DNA from: a bacterium
GTDB lineage: Bacteria; Patescibacteriota; Saccharimonadia; Saccharimonadales; SZUA-47
Direction: 5' to 3'
Length of the DNA: 46,921 bases
NCBI GenBank assembly: GCA_030430915.1
Contig: JAUIKH010000002.1
Coordinates: 1 to 46,921 of the forward strand
Positions 28,879 through 38,055 of the stretch are shown here, one piece after another. A model generated the notes under the pieces. The model was not told the DNA's origin. It saw only the letters and a program-made list of their open reading frames with translations, and did not search any database. How positions within the stretch are numbered: position 1 is the first letter of the stretch; every line of letters starts with the position of its first letter. Both the position numbers and the translations under genes were made by a program.

Positions 28879-30021
28879 TTGAAGCATAACAAACAAGCTA
28901 ACAAGTCTAAAGTAACTTCGAAGAAAAAGGTTGCTAAACCAGCCAAGATTTCGAAGTTAAAGCATTTTTTTGCAGAGACATTATGGAAAGACAGAAGCCG
29001 TAAGGGTAAGTTATTTGTAATTCTTGTCTACATATCTTTGTTTTTAACAGTAACGTCTTATGGAATATCACAGTGGTATACCTTTAGGCATAAAGATCGA
29101 CCTTTAGTAATCGGGGCTACTTTCATACCTGACTATGCAAGATACTTTAATCTAGACCCCAAAGAGACTATGCAAGCAATGATAGATGATTTAGGAATAA
29201 AACGATTCAGACTTGTATCATATTGGAAAAATCATGAGCCAGCAGATGATAAGTATGATTTCACTGAGCTTGATTGGCAGTTTGACATGGTTGAAAAAGC
29301 CGGCGGCGAAGTGTCGCTAACATTGGGCCTAAGACAGCCCAGGTGGCCAGAATGCCATGGACCTGCTTGGGCCATGGAAAAACCAATCGAACAATGGTCT
29401 AAAGATTTGAATGAATATATGGGAGCCGTAATTGACCGATACAAAGACCGTGATGTATTAGTTGAATATCAGTTAGAAAATGAATACTTCTTAAGTGTTT
29501 TTGGTGACTGTCCAGATCACAGCCGGGAGAGACTAGTCGATGAGTTTAACTATGTAAAAGCTAAAGACCCGACAAGACCACTAATTGTTAGCCGAAGCAA
29601 CAATGCAACTCCTAGCTGGCCTGTAGGGGAGCCAAGAGCTGATATAGTTGCGGCATCTATCTATAAACGGGTATGGGATAAAACCGTAACGAATAGGTAC
29701 TTTGAATATCCTTATCCGGCTTGGTTTTATGGTTTCTTAGCGGGAGCTACAGAACTAACGACAGGTAGAGACACAATTATCCATGAATTACAGACTGAGG
29801 CATGGCTGCCTGAAGGCTACAGCATGGTTGATGCACCGATAAGTGAGCTTTATAAATCATTTAACCCTGAACGTGTAAAAGACAGGATAAATTATGGCGT
29901 AGCGACTGGTATCAGAACCATAGATATATGGGGTGTTGAGTGGTGGTATCAAATGAAAACTAAACGTAATGCTCCCGAAATCTGGGATAACGCTAAGGAA
30001 ACCTTGGAAAGTTATAGATAA
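28879..30021 (+). CDS. Membrane-anchored clan GH-A glycoside hydrolase
   Basis: Basic N-terminus plus TM; YDFTELDW, QLENE (acid/base), ELQTE (nucleophile) and WGVEWW motifs. Confidence 0.75.
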   Translation: MKHNKQANKSKVTSKKKVAKPAKISKLKHFFAETLWKDRSRKGKLFVILVYISLFLTVTSYGISQWYTFRHKDRPLVIGATFIPDYARYFNLDPKETMQAMIDDLGIKRFRLVSYWKNHEPADDKYDFTELDWQFDMVEKAGGEVSLTLGLRQPRWPECHGPAWAMEKPIEQWSKDLNEYMGAVIDRYKDRDVLVEYQLENEYFLSVFGDCPDHSRERLVDEFNYVKAKDPTRPLIVSRSNNATPSWPVGEPRADIVAASIYKRVWDKTVTNRYFEYPYPAWFYGFLAGATELTTGRDTIIHELQTEAWLPEGYSMVDAPISELYKSFNPERVKDRINYGVATGIRTIDIWGVEWWYQMKTKRNAPEIWDNAKETLESYR

Positions 30022-30027
30022 CCGGCT

Positions 30028-30723
30028 TTACTGTTCTGGAAATATTGAAGGAGTTAGAAGACCAATCGTCTTTTTAGGAGCAAATAATACTTCGTTATGG
30101 TAGTGATTAGGGATTTCGACTGCTGTGATGCCGTTGCCTGCCGCTCGATGCATATTTGCTAACTCTGAAAACCCAAAACCATCTAGCTCTGAATGGACAA
30201 TGGCACGGCCCTCAGGGAAAGATTTCTCACCCTTTGCTATCAAGTCTTCAACAGCGGAATATCCACCACTTATTCTTCTGATTGTAGATATTGAACTAGT
30301 AGGACTGTCTGCCAATTCAAGGCCCGCACCTAGCAAATCTAGTAGTCCAGTCTTGTGTGAACCTACTTCTGGCTCTATAGGATCATTGGCAATTTTTGAT
30401 GCCGCTTTTAATAAGTCTAAGGTAGAAGCTGGTTCTGGAGGGTTTATTGCCACGAACTGCAATGCTTCATCAATCCGCGTACTAGCGGCTGAATGACCAA
30501 AAACAGTGCTTTTTTTCATAACTGACTTTAATAGAGAACTGTCTCGGAGTCTATCTAATCTATTAATAGTAACTACGTCTATATCTTCAAATATATCTAA
30601 ATTATCTATTTCGGATGCCCATTTTTCACCAACCATTTTTCTCTCACTGTGACCAAGAGCAATAATAGCTCTGTCAGATGCAAATTCAAACTTAGGGCCC
30701 ATAGCTACTGGCTTTTCACTCAT
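30028..30723 (-). CDS. Hypothetical protein, alpha/beta-hydrolase-like
   Basis: FGHSAA nucleophile elbow, INPP, then D and HYHN near the C-terminus. Confidence 0.5.
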   Translation of the reverse strand: MSEKPVAMGPKFEFASDRAIIALGHSERKMVGEKWASEIDNLDIFEDIDVVTINRLDRLRDSSLLKSVMKKSTVFGHSAASTRIDEALQFVAINPPEPASTLDLLKAASKIANDPIEPEVGSHKTGLLDLLGAGLELADSPTSSISTIRRISGGYSAVEDLIAKGEKSFPEGRAIVHSELDGFGFSELANMHRAAGNGITAVEIPNHYHNEVLFAPKKTIGLLTPSIFPEQ

Positions 30724-30787
30724 TGCAATACTATAGCATGTTTTTTGTATTTTGTAAATAAGCTTAACCTCTGTTACACTTATCTAC

Positions 30788-31249
30788 ATGAAAAAGAAAC
30801 AAGACAATACTAAGCGCATATCAAATAAACGTGCCTATTTTGATTATGAATTAGGTGATAGCTTTACTGTTGGTATTGTTTTAAACGGTCGTGAGACAAA
30901 AAATTTAAGGATGGGGCACGGAAACCTTAAAGGAGCATATGTCACGATAAAAGAAGGCGAGCTATGGCTAATAAATGCAACAATAACAGGCAGTCGGGGA
31001 ATCCCAATTGATGAAAATGAGGTAACACAAGCCAGAAAACTATTAGCAAAATCTAAAGAGATTCACAAAATTATTGAAGCAAAACAAAACGGAATGACTA
31101 TCTTGCCAACTGAGATGTTAATAGGCGGACGATTTATAAAGCTTAAAATTGCGCTAGGAAAAGGCAAAAAAAGCTACGATAAACGTCAAGTTATTAAAAA
31201 GAGAGATGATACAATAAATCTGCAGAGAGAGGTAAAATCATGGCGCTAG
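30788..31249 (+). CDS. smpB: SsrA-binding protein
   Basis: NKRAYFDY, GIVLNGRE.K, RKLL and GKGKKSYDKR..IKKRD motifs. Confidence 0.96.
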   Translation: MKKKQDNTKRISNKRAYFDYELGDSFTVGIVLNGRETKNLRMGHGNLKGAYVTIKEGELWLINATITGSRGIPIDENEVTQARKLLAKSKEIHKIIEAKQNGMTILPTEMLIGGRFIKLKIALGKGKKSYDKRQVIKKRDDTINLQREVKSWR

Positions 31250-31737
31250 AAGAAAAAGCAATAATAGTTGACGAAGACGACAACGTTATTGAATTCGTGC
31301 CAAGATCTAAAGTAAATGGTAGGCGGATCAGAATGACGGCCATCTGGATAGAAGATAGTGATGGAAATGTTCTGATCCATAAAAGAAGTAAGCAAAAATC
31401 GAATTGGCCAGGATACTGGGAGAATGCGGCGGCTGGGGGAGTTGCCCATGATGAATCCTATGAAGAAAACGCTTATAAAGAATTGGAAGAAGAGATAGGG
31501 GTTAAGGGAGTTGAGCTCGAGTTTGTTGCAAAAACGCGGTTTGATACAAAAAACGGAGAGCGATATTGTAGCTGGTATAAAGCAGTGGTTAACTTGCCAA
31601 TAGAAAAATTTGAACTTCAAGAATCTGAAGTAGAAAAAGTAGAGTGGGTTAAAAAACAAGCTTTGCTTGAGGACCGTGATAAAAATCCAGATAAATACAT
31701 GCCATCTTCGCAGATGTGGCGAAAACTATTTGCTTAA
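31240..31737 (+). CDS. NUDIX hydrolase (IDI/YfcD-like)
   Basis: KRS..K..WPGYW and Nudix box GG....ESY...A.KELEEEIG. Confidence 0.88.
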   Translation: MALEEKAIIVDEDDNVIEFVPRSKVNGRRIRMTAIWIEDSDGNVLIHKRSKQKSNWPGYWENAAAGGVAHDESYEENAYKELEEEIGVKGVELEFVAKTRFDTKNGERYCSWYKAVVNLPIEKFELQESEVEKVEWVKKQALLEDRDKNPDKYMPSSQMWRKLFA

Positions 31738-32438
31738 GAAATCTTAGTTCCGATATTTGCGCCAGCTGCGACTTTTGCGATATTCCCATCGGGTTCAAGT
31801 GTGCAGATAATTACTGGCATTTCTTGCTCCATTGCTAATCCCATCGCAGCTTTATCCATAACTTTAATTTGTGGATTTTCTACAGCATGTTGAAAGTCTA
31901 AAGTATCGAATTTTTTAGCGTCATCATTAGTTTCTGGATCTTTGTCGAATACTCCATCAACTTTTGTGGTCTTTATAACTGCGTCACAGTTCAACTCCAA
32001 AGCTAAACTGACTGCTGCTGTATCAGTAGTTAAATATGGCCTGCCTATACCGCCAGCTACTATTACTACGCGCCCATTCTGAAGGTGTTTCTCAGCTAAA
32101 CGATGAACGAATGGCTCAGCTACTTGTTCAGCAAATATACTACTAAGACACCTGGTTCTGACTTGCTGTGCTTCAAATACGTCAGTTAGAGCTAATGCGT
32201 TCATCATTGTGCCTAACATACCCATGTGGTCGGCTGTGACTCGCTTTATGCCGTGTCCAGCTATCTGAGCACCTCTTACGTAATTACCGCCACCAACCAT
32301 GATAACTATCTGTGTGCCATTTTCTGTTGCTTGTTTGATTTCATTTGCAAGCCAATTGCCTAATTCGGGGTCAAATCCGCTTTCATGCTTACCTGATAAC
32401 TGTTCTCCAGAGAGCTTGAGCAATATTCGCTTATACAT
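31734..32438 (-). CDS. pyrH: UMP kinase
   Basis: LLKLSGE, VGGGN..RG, DHMGML.T.MN, TTDTAA, DGV..KDP and VMD motifs. Confidence 0.97.
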   Translation of the reverse strand: MYKRILLKLSGEQLSGKHESGFDPELGNWLANEIKQATENGTQIVIMVGGGNYVRGAQIAGHGIKRVTADHMGMLGTMMNALALTDVFEAQQVRTRCLSSIFAEQVAEPFVHRLAEKHLQNGRVVIVAGGIGRPYLTTDTAAVSLALELNCDAVIKTTKVDGVFDKDPETNDDAKKFDTLDFQHAVENPQIKVMDKAAMGLAMEQEMPVIICTLEPDGNIAKVAAGANIGTKIS

Positions 32439-32487
32439 CCTGACTATTGTACCAGATTAGTCTTTGCATAGTGTAAACTAAGGAAGT

Positions 32488-33282
32488 ATGAAACTTTACT
32501 CATGGAATATAAACGGAATTAGGGCTATATGGAACAAAGGAGCACTTCAAAGTTTTATCGAAGAGCACAACCCAGACATTCTGTGTATGCAAGAGACAAA
32601 AGCACAACAAGATCAGTCTCCTGTAGATTTAGATGAATACGAAGAATACTGGTATAGTGCAGAAAAAAAAGGCTACAGCGGGACAGCAATTTTCAGTAAA
32701 GAAAAGGCACAAAAAGTAGTTTGTGGTTTCTCAGATTCAATAAATAGTAAATATAACTTCAAAGATACATTTGGCGACACATCTAAAGAGGGCAGGGTGC
32801 TAACGATAGAGTTTAAAGATTTCTACGTCTGCACTGTTTATACTCCCAACAGTAAGGGTAATTTAGGGCGACTTGAGCTACGTGAGAAAGTTTGGGATCC
32901 AGCATTTAAAGATCACATCCAAGAGCTTCAGTCTAAAAAGCCAGTTCTAACATGCGGAGACTTTAATGTAGCCCACCAAGAAATTGACCTCGCCAGACCA
33001 AAAGAGAATATTGGAAAACACGGATTCACAAATGAAGAGCGAGAAGGATTTGAAAAATTATTAAACACTGGATTAATTGACACTTTCAGGGAACTTCACC
33101 CGGAGGAACTAGAAGCATACACATGGTGGACTCACTGGGGCGGTTCCAGAGCCAGAAATGTTGGATGGCGTATAGACTACTGGCTAGCAAGTAAAGAATT
33201 AAAATCTCAGATTAAAGAAGCTAATATCCACCCACAGGTCATGGGCAGTGACCATTGCCCAACCTCCATTATAATAAGATGA
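32488..33282 (+). CDS. xth: Exodeoxyribonuclease III
   Basis: SWNING, QETK, KGYSG, EGR, YTPN, GDFN, GWRIDY and GSDHCP motifs. Confidence 0.95.
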   Translation: MKLYSWNINGIRAIWNKGALQSFIEEHNPDILCMQETKAQQDQSPVDLDEYEEYWYSAEKKGYSGTAIFSKEKAQKVVCGFSDSINSKYNFKDTFGDTSKEGRVLTIEFKDFYVCTVYTPNSKGNLGRLELREKVWDPAFKDHIQELQSKKPVLTCGDFNVAHQEIDLARPKENIGKHGFTNEEREGFEKLLNTGLIDTFRELHPEELEAYTWWTHWGGSRARNVGWRIDYWLASKELKSQIKEANIHPQVMGSDHCPTSIIIR

Positions 33283-33294
33283 TATTGAAAAACA

Positions 33295-33864
33295 TTAATC
33301 TTCTGAGTTATCTACGCAGTAGGTAGCGTCTGCAGGCGCAAAACTATCAGTAGGCAGCCAATAGTCGTTTCCGTTTCCATAAGTATTATCACTTAAATCA
33401 CCAGGCTCAAGACCAATGACTACAGCGACCTTACTTCTATCACCTCCTATGGCATCCGTACTACTACTTAGCACGTCTCCATCACACCAAGCACCCCAAA
33501 CCCAATCAATATGCCCAAGCCCTGATATTGAAGGACCCCAATTGATTGTATATTTTTCCCCACCTAGCGGCTCGATAAAGTTTTCATTATTGTTTACATA
33601 CCTGTTACTCCAATCCTCTGCTGCTCCGTGAAATTGATGATAAAATTTATATTGAGCGCCAGGATACTTGCCTCCGTTATGGCTCCGAGCTGTTTCTAGT
33701 TCGGCTAAAAATAGTTCTGCTTGTCTTTTACGTTGGTGATTTCTTACATTTCTCTGAAGTTGGGGTATTGCAAGAAGCGCTATTAGAAGTATTAAAGCTG
33801 CAATAGCAAGAACTATCAACACTTCAATAATTGTAAATCCAGTGTTTTTTAATCTTGTATTCAT
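33295..33864 (-). CDS. Type IV pilin (prepilin)
   Basis: KNTG|FTIIEVLIVLAI cleavage/methylation motif with Glu5; two Cys in the C-terminal half. Confidence 0.9.
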   Translation of the reverse strand: MNTRLKNTGFTIIEVLIVLAIAALILLIALLAIPQLQRNVRNHQRKRQAELFLAELETARSHNGGKYPGAQYKFYHQFHGAAEDWSNRYVNNNENFIEPLGGEKYTINWGPSISGLGHIDWVWGAWCDGDVLSSSTDAIGGDRSKVAVVIGLEPGDLSDNTYGNGNDYWLPTDSFAPADATYCVDNSED

Positions 33865-33940
33865 AAAGCTTTAGCACATTCATAATACCAGTTGTTTTTA
33901 TTAAATACTAAATTAGTAAAAATTATTATAAAATTAGTAT

Positions 33941-34729
33941 ATGTTAGATGACTACTGGTTAAAACAAGAAGACGAACCATTGTATGAAGATATTTTATGG
34001 AGTAGGCCAGAATCAAAGACGAGTGCTGGTAAGATGGTAATTATTGGTGGTAATGCACATGGCTTTTCTGCCCCCGGTCAAGCATACAACGTATCGATGG
34101 AAGCTGGAGCAGGCACAAACCAAGTACTGTTGCCAGACGCAGTTAAAAAAATTGTTAAAGGTATGTTGCCTGATGCTGATTTTGCACCCAGCAATCCTAG
34201 CGGTAGCTTTAGTAAGTCAGCGCTTGATTCATTCTTGCAAGCAGCAAAATGGGCTGACCTAGTTTTGCTAGCAGGAGATGTTGGACGAAACAGCGAAACA
34301 GCAATATTATTAGAAAATTTTGTTCAGAAATATAATGGTTTGCTGACATTGACTCAGGATAGCGTAGACTACTTTAAAGAGACACCGAAGCTTATTGTAG
34401 ATAGGGCTGGAACCCTGATTGTTTTAAGCTTAGCTCAACTACAAAAAATTTTTATCAACACACCTTCTATTACTCCAATTACATACAGCATGACAACTCA
34501 GCAACTTGTTGCTGCACTCCACGACTACACCCAACCACATCAGGCATGCATAGTAACCATGCATAATAATCTTTTATTCATAGCTCACAGTGGTAAAGTA
34601 GTGACCCAGAAGCATGAAGATAAAACCTGGAGAGTAAATACTGCTACAAAAGCTAGTGTATTTTGGATGCAAAACCCAAATAAAATATTTAAATCTGTAG
34701 TTAGCTCAAATTATGAAAACGATTCATGA
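33941..34729 (+). CDS. YjeF C-terminal/NnrD-like (ribokinase-fold) protein, divergent
   Basis: R..SK..AGK.VIIGG N-terminal motif; canonical GxGD is absent. Confidence 0.6.
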   Translation: MLDDYWLKQEDEPLYEDILWSRPESKTSAGKMVIIGGNAHGFSAPGQAYNVSMEAGAGTNQVLLPDAVKKIVKGMLPDADFAPSNPSGSFSKSALDSFLQAAKWADLVLLAGDVGRNSETAILLENFVQKYNGLLTLTQDSVDYFKETPKLIVDRAGTLIVLSLAQLQKIFINTPSITPITYSMTTQQLVAALHDYTQPHQACIVTMHNNLLFIAHSGKVVTQKHEDKTWRVNTATKASVFWMQNPNKIFKSVVSSNYENDS

Positions 34730-34737
34730 TTACACAG

Positions 34738-34776
34738 CCAACTAAAAACCGTCCAAAAAGGACGGCCTTTAGTTGG
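34738..34776. terminator. Hairpin terminator between tRNA-Leu and the convergent YjeF-like gene
   Basis: CCAACTAAA..CCGTCC-AAAAA-GGACGG..TTTAGTTGG inverted repeat. Confidence 0.65.
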
Positions 34777-34861
34777 TGCCGCAGGACGGACTTGAACCGT
34801 CACGAGCGTAAAGCTCACAGGATTTTGAGTCCAGCGTGTCTACCAATTCCACCACTGCGGC
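34774..34861 (-). tRNA. tRNA-Leu(CAA)
   Basis: Reverse complement GCCGCAGTGGTGGAATTGGTAGACACGCTGGACTCAAAATCCTGTGAGCTTTACGCTCGTGACGGTTCAAGTCCGTCCTGCGGCACCA; long variable arm, anticodon CAA, encoded CCA. Confidence 0.95.
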
Positions 34862-34954
34862 TAAACAAAATCTTCGTTATTATACTATAGTTATCAATTT
34901 GATTACAGATGTAGGCGTAAAATTGCTTAACTTTACGCTATAATACTAAAATAT

Positions 34955-36409
34955 ATGAGCTCAACATTGCTACCGAACCCAGATGATGACAATCAAGATC
35001 AACACCATGACTTGAAGGCCAAAAAAGACAAAGTTATACAGCCTCTGAGTCACAACAATGATGAATTAAAAAATCTGGAAGATAAAGGTGTAGATGACGA
35101 TTTATTGCAAGAACTACGTGCAAAAACTGCTGAGTTAGCCAAAAGTGTTAAAGGGGAAGATGAGACAAAAAAAATACTAGACTTAGATGCAGATAAGACA
35201 GATATTGTAGAAGTAAATAGCCCTAAGAATCCAGAAAAGGCAGCTGCAAAAAATAATGTCGACAAACATTCAAAAAACACTACAGACCCAGCTGTAAAGT
35301 TAATAAGAGAGAAACTCTCAAAACTATACAAAAAAGAGCCCGATGCAGCAGAAGAAGCTATAGAGTCATTCCAAGCAGGTGAAAACAGATCAAAACACCA
35401 AGATTTTATGTATAAATTAACTACATCTGGCAAATCTCTGGCAGATATACAAACAGAATGGCACGTATACTACACGAACTTGACCGACCAGGAGAAGCAT
35501 GAGGTATGGAAAGAATTTTATGACACTCAGCAGCAAACCTCAGAATATGCTAAAAAACTACAAAAGAAAGAAAAAATCTCCAAACCAAAAGTCACAACAA
35601 AGAAACACAAGACAACCAGTAAAGTTCTAGATCCAAGAAGTGCCGCAGATATTAAAGCTCATATCCTAGATAAAATAAGTGCAGGTGGGAAGCTTAAAGC
35701 AGGTCATCATGTAAGATCATTAATGTTCGGACTGGCGATGGCTGGAATGGTTGGTCTTTTATTATCTTTTACATTTTTTAACGAGGTATTTATTGCACCT
35801 TTAATCAGCCCCAGTAAATCAGTTAGTGCTACGCCAATAATCGGTTCTCAAGATGGACCTGTTGGGCCAGAACCAAAAATTATCATTCCAAAAATAAACC
35901 TGGAAGTGCCTGTGGTTTTCGACCTAAACAGTACCGCAGAAGATGACATACAGAATGCACTTGAAGATGGTGTAGTACATTACTCAAGTACACCTAATCC
36001 TGGAGAAATAGGTAATTCTGTGATTGTAGGACACTCTAGTAATAACATTCTAAATTCAGGAAAATATAAATTCGCTTTCGTATTATTAAAGAGGTTAGAA
36101 CCTGAAGACACATTTTTTGTTCAAAAGGACGGAGTTAGATACACATATAAAGTCTATAAAAAAGAAATAGTTGGACCCAACGAAACTTCAGTTTTAAGTA
36201 CTCAGGAAAGAGCCAACACAATGACCTTGATCACCTGTGATCCACCAGGAACCTCTATTAACAGATTGATAGTAACTGCCGAGCAGATATCACCAGATCC
36301 AGAAAATAACAAAGCAAGCACAGCAACAAATACGGTTAACAATACTGCCCAGACAGAGCAGTTACCAAGTAATGCACCTAGTTTGTGGTCTAGAATCTGG
36401 CCTTTCTAG
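34955..36409 (+). CDS. Sortase with a long N-terminal cytoplasmic region
   Basis: Central TM; IIIPKI, VIVGHS, F..L.RL and TLITC...RL catalytic His-Cys-Arg. Confidence 0.88.
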   Translation: MSSTLLPNPDDDNQDQHHDLKAKKDKVIQPLSHNNDELKNLEDKGVDDDLLQELRAKTAELAKSVKGEDETKKILDLDADKTDIVEVNSPKNPEKAAAKNNVDKHSKNTTDPAVKLIREKLSKLYKKEPDAAEEAIESFQAGENRSKHQDFMYKLTTSGKSLADIQTEWHVYYTNLTDQEKHEVWKEFYDTQQQTSEYAKKLQKKEKISKPKVTTKKHKTTSKVLDPRSAADIKAHILDKISAGGKLKAGHHVRSLMFGLAMAGMVGLLLSFTFFNEVFIAPLISPSKSVSATPIIGSQDGPVGPEPKIIIPKINLEVPVVFDLNSTAEDDIQNALEDGVVHYSSTPNPGEIGNSVIVGHSSNNILNSGKYKFAFVLLKRLEPEDTFFVQKDGVRYTYKVYKKEIVGPNETSVLSTQERANTMTLITCDPPGTSINRLIVTAEQISPDPENNKASTATNTVNNTAQTEQLPSNAPSLWSRIWPF

Positions 36410-36424
36410 TAGAAAATTGAATGA

Positions 36425-37909
36425 CTACCTATCAGCTAGAGTCCTCATAAAACCCAACATTAACCTTGCAGGTGAACCGGCTTTTTCAGGAGGTAAGAAC
36501 GTATACATATCATCTATTGAACTATCAAATATGCTACCTAGCAATGGATCTGACTCTAGAAGTGTGTAGATATTACTTCCATCAAAATCCATCATTATTT
36601 GCTTGCCACCAGAACTAAAAGTGAGGTGTTGACCATCCATCCACCTAGTTTCCTGACCTTTGTCGGGAACTTCTTCTACCTTATAGTTGTAAGACCTTGC
36701 GGCATCAAATTCATGAGAAGCAAATCTTTGACCACCACGTGCCATAATTGTGCTAGAGTCAGATGATATTGCTAGCTCTTCAGGACCGTCAACCCTTAAT
36801 ACTGTAGTAGGAACAGGAATACTTGAAAAATCGTTATCATTAATTGCAGCTATCGGATCATTAAAAACAATTACACGATTTTCAGCTTTCGAACCCACAC
36901 CGATAACTAGTGCATTGCCCAATTTTGACATATCTAGTAGATATTTGGTGTCTTTTTTAATTTCGCGTAGGAGATAATCTTCGCCATCTTTATTTAAAAT
37001 GGCTTTTACATGACCTTCTTTAGCCCCTGTTTCAGACACATAGAGTATTGCATCATTACCGAAAGACGTATAGTCAACTACATCGTTCAGTACTGGTTCA
37101 ATCAATGCGGACGTAGAGTTAGCCCTGAATAATGCTCCGGTGGATGCATAGTGCAGAAATAGTAAGTCTTTTTTACGATCACGCATAGAAACAGAAGTAA
37201 ACTTTTGGTCCTTAAAAACATCTTTAATATTAATACTATTTTCGGGCTTATCTCTGTCAATCAATGCATATTCTACAGATTCTGTAGTCCGGTATTCAGC
37301 CAAAAAAGTTTTATTATCATCTGCCCAATCGAGCACCTTCCAGCTTCCAGGAAGTTTAGTTTTTAAAAGCTCAAGAGGCAAAGGGACTTCTTCTAGATTT
37401 AATGTATCTTTATTTAGATCTAAAACACGCATAATCAGCGGATCATCTTTAAAGGCCATTATTAACCATCTTTTATCAATACTTTGCGATTGCATAGTAG
37501 GAACCGATGGAAGATTTACTGCAAGCTGGTTATCAATATCTTCAGGTACAAGCCTTGCATAGGTTAACCTACGAAGACTTCCTCCTTCTAGTATTAGTTT
37601 TCTGGACCAGTCTCTGTAGCCTTCTCTATATAAAGAAATATCATATTTTCCTTCTGGCACTACTAATCGTGCATCTGTAGAACCTCTTTGCTTTTCGCCA
37701 TTTAGGTAGACTTCAGCTGATTCTGGTTTACTGTCAATATATATCAGTCCATTTTGAATTACTGTACCTGTTGTATTATCTAGATAGTACCCGTTTGTTA
37801 AATAAACAAATATTATAGTCGCGAAACCAATTGCTATACCTAATAGTGCATAGCCCAGCATCAGTCTTGCTCGTTTATTTTTCTTTTTTTTAGGATCGAG
37901 ATAGTCCAT
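36425..37909 (-). CDS. PEGA-domain membrane-anchored protein (likely beta-rich ectodomain)
   Basis: N-terminal TM; GLIYIDSKP..AEVYLNG...PEGKY.I...REGY..W PEGA pattern. Confidence 0.8.
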   Translation of the reverse strand: MDYLDPKKKKNKRARLMLGYALLGIAIGFATIIFVYLTNGYYLDNTTGTVIQNGLIYIDSKPESAEVYLNGEKQRGSTDARLVVPEGKYDISLYREGYRDWSRKLILEGGSLRRLTYARLVPEDIDNQLAVNLPSVPTMQSQSIDKRWLIMAFKDDPLIMRVLDLNKDTLNLEEVPLPLELLKTKLPGSWKVLDWADDNKTFLAEYRTTESVEYALIDRDKPENSINIKDVFKDQKFTSVSMRDRKKDLLFLHYASTGALFRANSTSALIEPVLNDVVDYTSFGNDAILYVSETGAKEGHVKAILNKDGEDYLLREIKKDTKYLLDMSKLGNALVIGVGSKAENRVIVFNDPIAAINDNDFSSIPVPTTVLRVDGPEELAISSDSSTIMARGGQRFASHEFDAARSYNYKVEEVPDKGQETRWMDGQHLTFSSGGKQIMMDFDGSNIYTLLESDPLLGSIFDSSIDDMYTFLPPEKAGSPARLMLGFMRTLADR

Positions 37910-38055
37910 TTGTATATTCCTTAATCTTTACTCATTATCTCATAAAAAAGGCGATTGTATAAAAAGATTATGCAAAAAGCTTGCGTTAAATACGTTTGCA
38001 ATATAGGATATTTAGAAGATAGGGTAACAAGATAAAGATAAGGGGTATCAGGCGC

